From Limnothrix sp. BL-A-16 (GTDB lineage Bacteria > Cyanobacteriota > Cyanobacteriia > CACIAM-69d), in the NCBI GenBank assembly GCA_041937175.2, contig CP166615.1, positions 1,568,001 through 1,632,000 of the forward strand: 64,000 nucleotides of DNA, written 5' to 3'. A program made the translations under genes and the position numbers. Numbering within the stretch: the first letter of the stretch is position 1; each line of letters begins with the position of its first letter. Below the pieces are notes generated by a model. It worked only from the letters and a program-made list of their open reading frames with translations. It searched no databases and was not told where the DNA came from. This document shows, in pieces, positions 61,771 through 64,000 of the stretch.

Positions 61771-62343
61771 TCACACCGCAGTTAGTAACATTTTGAAGCC
61801 AAGCAAAATCAGAATCACACCGCCCACAATCTCTACCTTGCCCACGTGGGAGTAGAGTCGGCAGCCAAAGGACTTCCCTAAAAAGACCCCCGCCAAGCAG
61901 ACTGCAAAGGTGATGAGGCCAATCACGCCGGCCACTTGCAGGATGGGCGTGTTTACCACCGTCAGCCCCACACCCGCCGCCAGGGCATCGATGCTTGTGG
62001 CGATCGCGAGGCCCGTGAGCATTCTGGTGTCAGCGGGGTTGCAGGCTTGCTCGCTGGGGTTGTCGTCGCCATCCCCCAGGGCTTCGCGAATTGTCTTGGC
62101 CCCGATCGCCACCAACAACAAGAAGGCAATCCACTGATCGTAGGCCTCAATGGTCGATCGCCAAGTCAGGCTCAGACCCCAACCCAGGATCGGCATCAAC
62201 ATTTGAAACCCACCAAAAAACAGCGCAATTTTGATGGCTTTGTGCCAGCGAGCATACTTCATGGATAAGCCGCTGGACACGGAGACTGCGAAGGCATCTG
62301 CTGATAGTCCTAGTCCTAGAGAAGCTGCCGTTAAAATGTCCAT
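61771..62343 (-). CDS. mntP: Manganese efflux pump MntP
   Basis: LSADAFAVS, FGGFQ..MP, AIATSIDALAAG. Confidence 0.9.
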   Translation of the reverse strand: MDILTAASLGLGLSADAFAVSVSSGLSMKYARWHKAIKIALFFGGFQMLMPILGWGLSLTWRSTIEAYDQWIAFLLLVAIGAKTIREALGDGDDNPSEQACNPADTRMLTGLAIATSIDALAAGVGLTVVNTPILQVAGVIGLITFAVCLAGVFLGKSFGCRLYSHVGKVEIVGGVILILLGFKMLLTAV

Positions 62344-63106
62344 AGTGGTTGTTGGGGAGCCTAGTTGAGTTGGGAATCAAGGATGTTTATAAAAATGCTT
62401 GATTTCTGATTGGGAACAATTCATCAAGCATAAAATCAGAAATTTTTATTTCAATTCTGAACAGTGTCATTATAGATAACTTTTTGATTTCTTTGTTTCA
62501 TATTCAATTCATCTTTTCAATTCATCTTTATTGTTTTATTTCTGATTCATTTTTGATTCATTTTTCTAATTCAAATTAATTTCAGCGAGTTGATCAAAAT
62601 TGGGTTGATCAGAAAAAATTGAGCAAGATAATCACACTTTTGGACTTTCTTCGGACTAATAATATCCCTTCATTCCAATAAGAAAATTTGCTTAGAATAT
62701 TTACTGACAGAGCATTTCGAGCGATTGTGACTTGGTTTAAATCTGTATTTAATCGATTATCGTAGTAATGTGGAAGCCTTCAAGATCAGTAGTAATAAAT
62801 TTATTTTGGCGAAAATGAAATGATAATGAATAGAAAATGAATTAAATTTGAATTTCAACTCAAAATCTTGGACTCAATCTCCTGTAATCCTTTGGAGAGT
62901 TGCGAGCACCCCAAAATACCATCCAGGTGTTCTCTTGACCCTTGATCTTGACTTTTGGTGAGTGATGATTTTCTGGCGCTGGGCAGCTCCTGCCGTAACT
63001 TATTTTTTCTGAAATTCCTTAAACTATTTAAACTATATTCAATCGATGAGATAGTCTTTCGCGACGATCTTTTTCAGTCAGTCAGGATGACTTGAGAGGA
63101 AAATTC

Positions 63107-63700
63107 ATGGCCAAGGCTCAGCCCTATCAACCTTCGTTATTGCGGTTTTTGCATGGCATCAGTGCCAGCTTGGGGATTGGGGCAATTGTGACGGCGGCCC
63201 TGACCTACAACACTTACGACGGCCGGTGGGGCCGGTTGCCGTTGCCCCCGATCGCGGACATTGAAGGCTTGCACGGCACATTCGGTCTGTTTTTCCTGGT
63301 GATGTTGTTGCCGCTGGCGCTATACAGCTTCTATTTGGGTTCCCATCGGTTGCTTTCGATCGCGGCGCTGCGGCAACTGGGCAATCAACAGGCGGGTCAA
63401 TCTTGGCGATCGCTCCATCGCCTGGCGAATACATTGATGTTGTTGGCGGCGGGGCTGGCGGTGGTTTCCGGCCGGCAAATTAAGGAGGAATGGCTGCCAG
63501 CCGGGGAGTTTCACCATGTTTGGTATTCCGTACATTTGGCGGCTTGGGTGGTGATGGTGCTGTGTTTGGGGCTGCATGTGGCGGCGGCGTTGCGATCGGG
63601 CGGTTGGCCTCTGATTCGATCGATGTTGAGCTGGCAGGTGCGATCGAGCGATCGGCCCCAAGCTTGGTGGTCGCAGGTTCAAGGCATTTGGCGACGTTAA
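63107..63700 (+). CDS. Cytochrome b/b6 domain membrane protein
   Basis: Four TM segments with heme-ligand-like His (RFLHG, GLHG, SVHL, GLHV). Confidence 0.8.
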   Translation: MAKAQPYQPSLLRFLHGISASLGIGAIVTAALTYNTYDGRWGRLPLPPIADIEGLHGTFGLFFLVMLLPLALYSFYLGSHRLLSIAALRQLGNQQAGQSWRSLHRLANTLMLLAAGLAVVSGRQIKEEWLPAGEFHHVWYSVHLAAWVVMVLCLGLHVAAALRSGGWPLIRSMLSWQVRSSDRPQAWWSQVQGIWRR

Positions 63701-64000
63701 GCCGCTGCTTTTGAGGCAAGGAAGCACTGAGAAATTTGGTATTGCACGGGGGACAAGGGGTTTAAACCCCTTGTCTGTTTGTTTTGTCTGTTTGTTTGTA
63801 TTTGTTTAAGCCCCTCGTCTGTTTGTACTTGGGGCATTGGCAATTTAAGGGCCGGATTTGAGATGGCATAGACCGCAGTTGAGGCATAGACCGCAATTTT
63901 GTATCGCAACTTCTAGTTTCTGGAGTGCCTTGGGACTAACTGGCGGCGAGGTCAGGCTCCGTTCGGAGGGTATGGGTCTGTTAGGGGACTGGTGCTGACG

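Noticed and set aside
62344..63090. yybP-ykoY manganese riboswitch upstream of mntP
   Set aside because: Expected from context, but I could not see the motif in this AT-rich stretch; needs an Rfam scan.
1..64000. Frequent GCGATCGC as a novel repeat
   Set aside because: This is the well-known cyanobacterial HIP1; used here only as a marker of native versus acquired DNA.

Overview
Cyanobacterial chromosome window: the HIP1 octamer GCGATCGC is dense in core genes, and Ycf66-, DUF3172- and Uma2-like genes are present. Housekeeping genes (purQ, rlmD, secA, xseA, pgsA, nnr, mntP, a phosphoketolase) alternate with AT-rich, HIP1-poor accessory blocks rich in restriction/defence-like genes (1-1.4 kb, 4.4-10.9 kb, 25.2-29.8 kb, 32.6-40.3 kb). 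The main finding is an integron-like gene-cassette array at about 32.6-40.5 kb on the minus strand, directly downstream of the phosphoketolase gene, with no integrase in the window. It has one complete 86-bp attC, and three cassettes whose start and end core sites are reverse complements over 9-10 bp. An attI-like site (CTAATACATAGTT, close to attI1 CTAAAACAAAGTT) occurs three times. Unusually, the cassette blocks are separated by three diverged copies of the phosphoketolase 3' end, which truncate or replace attC sites; two of them bring their own downstream attI platform. This suggests serial stacking of whole gene-end/attI/cassette modules. Cargo includes two restriction-modification systems. 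Also present: an intact IS5-family element, two MITE-like families with REP-type hairpins, a Uma2 tandem pair with a divergent middle, a candidate three-gene defence operon and a frameshifted mscS. All product calls come from motif recognition by eye; no database searches were run.
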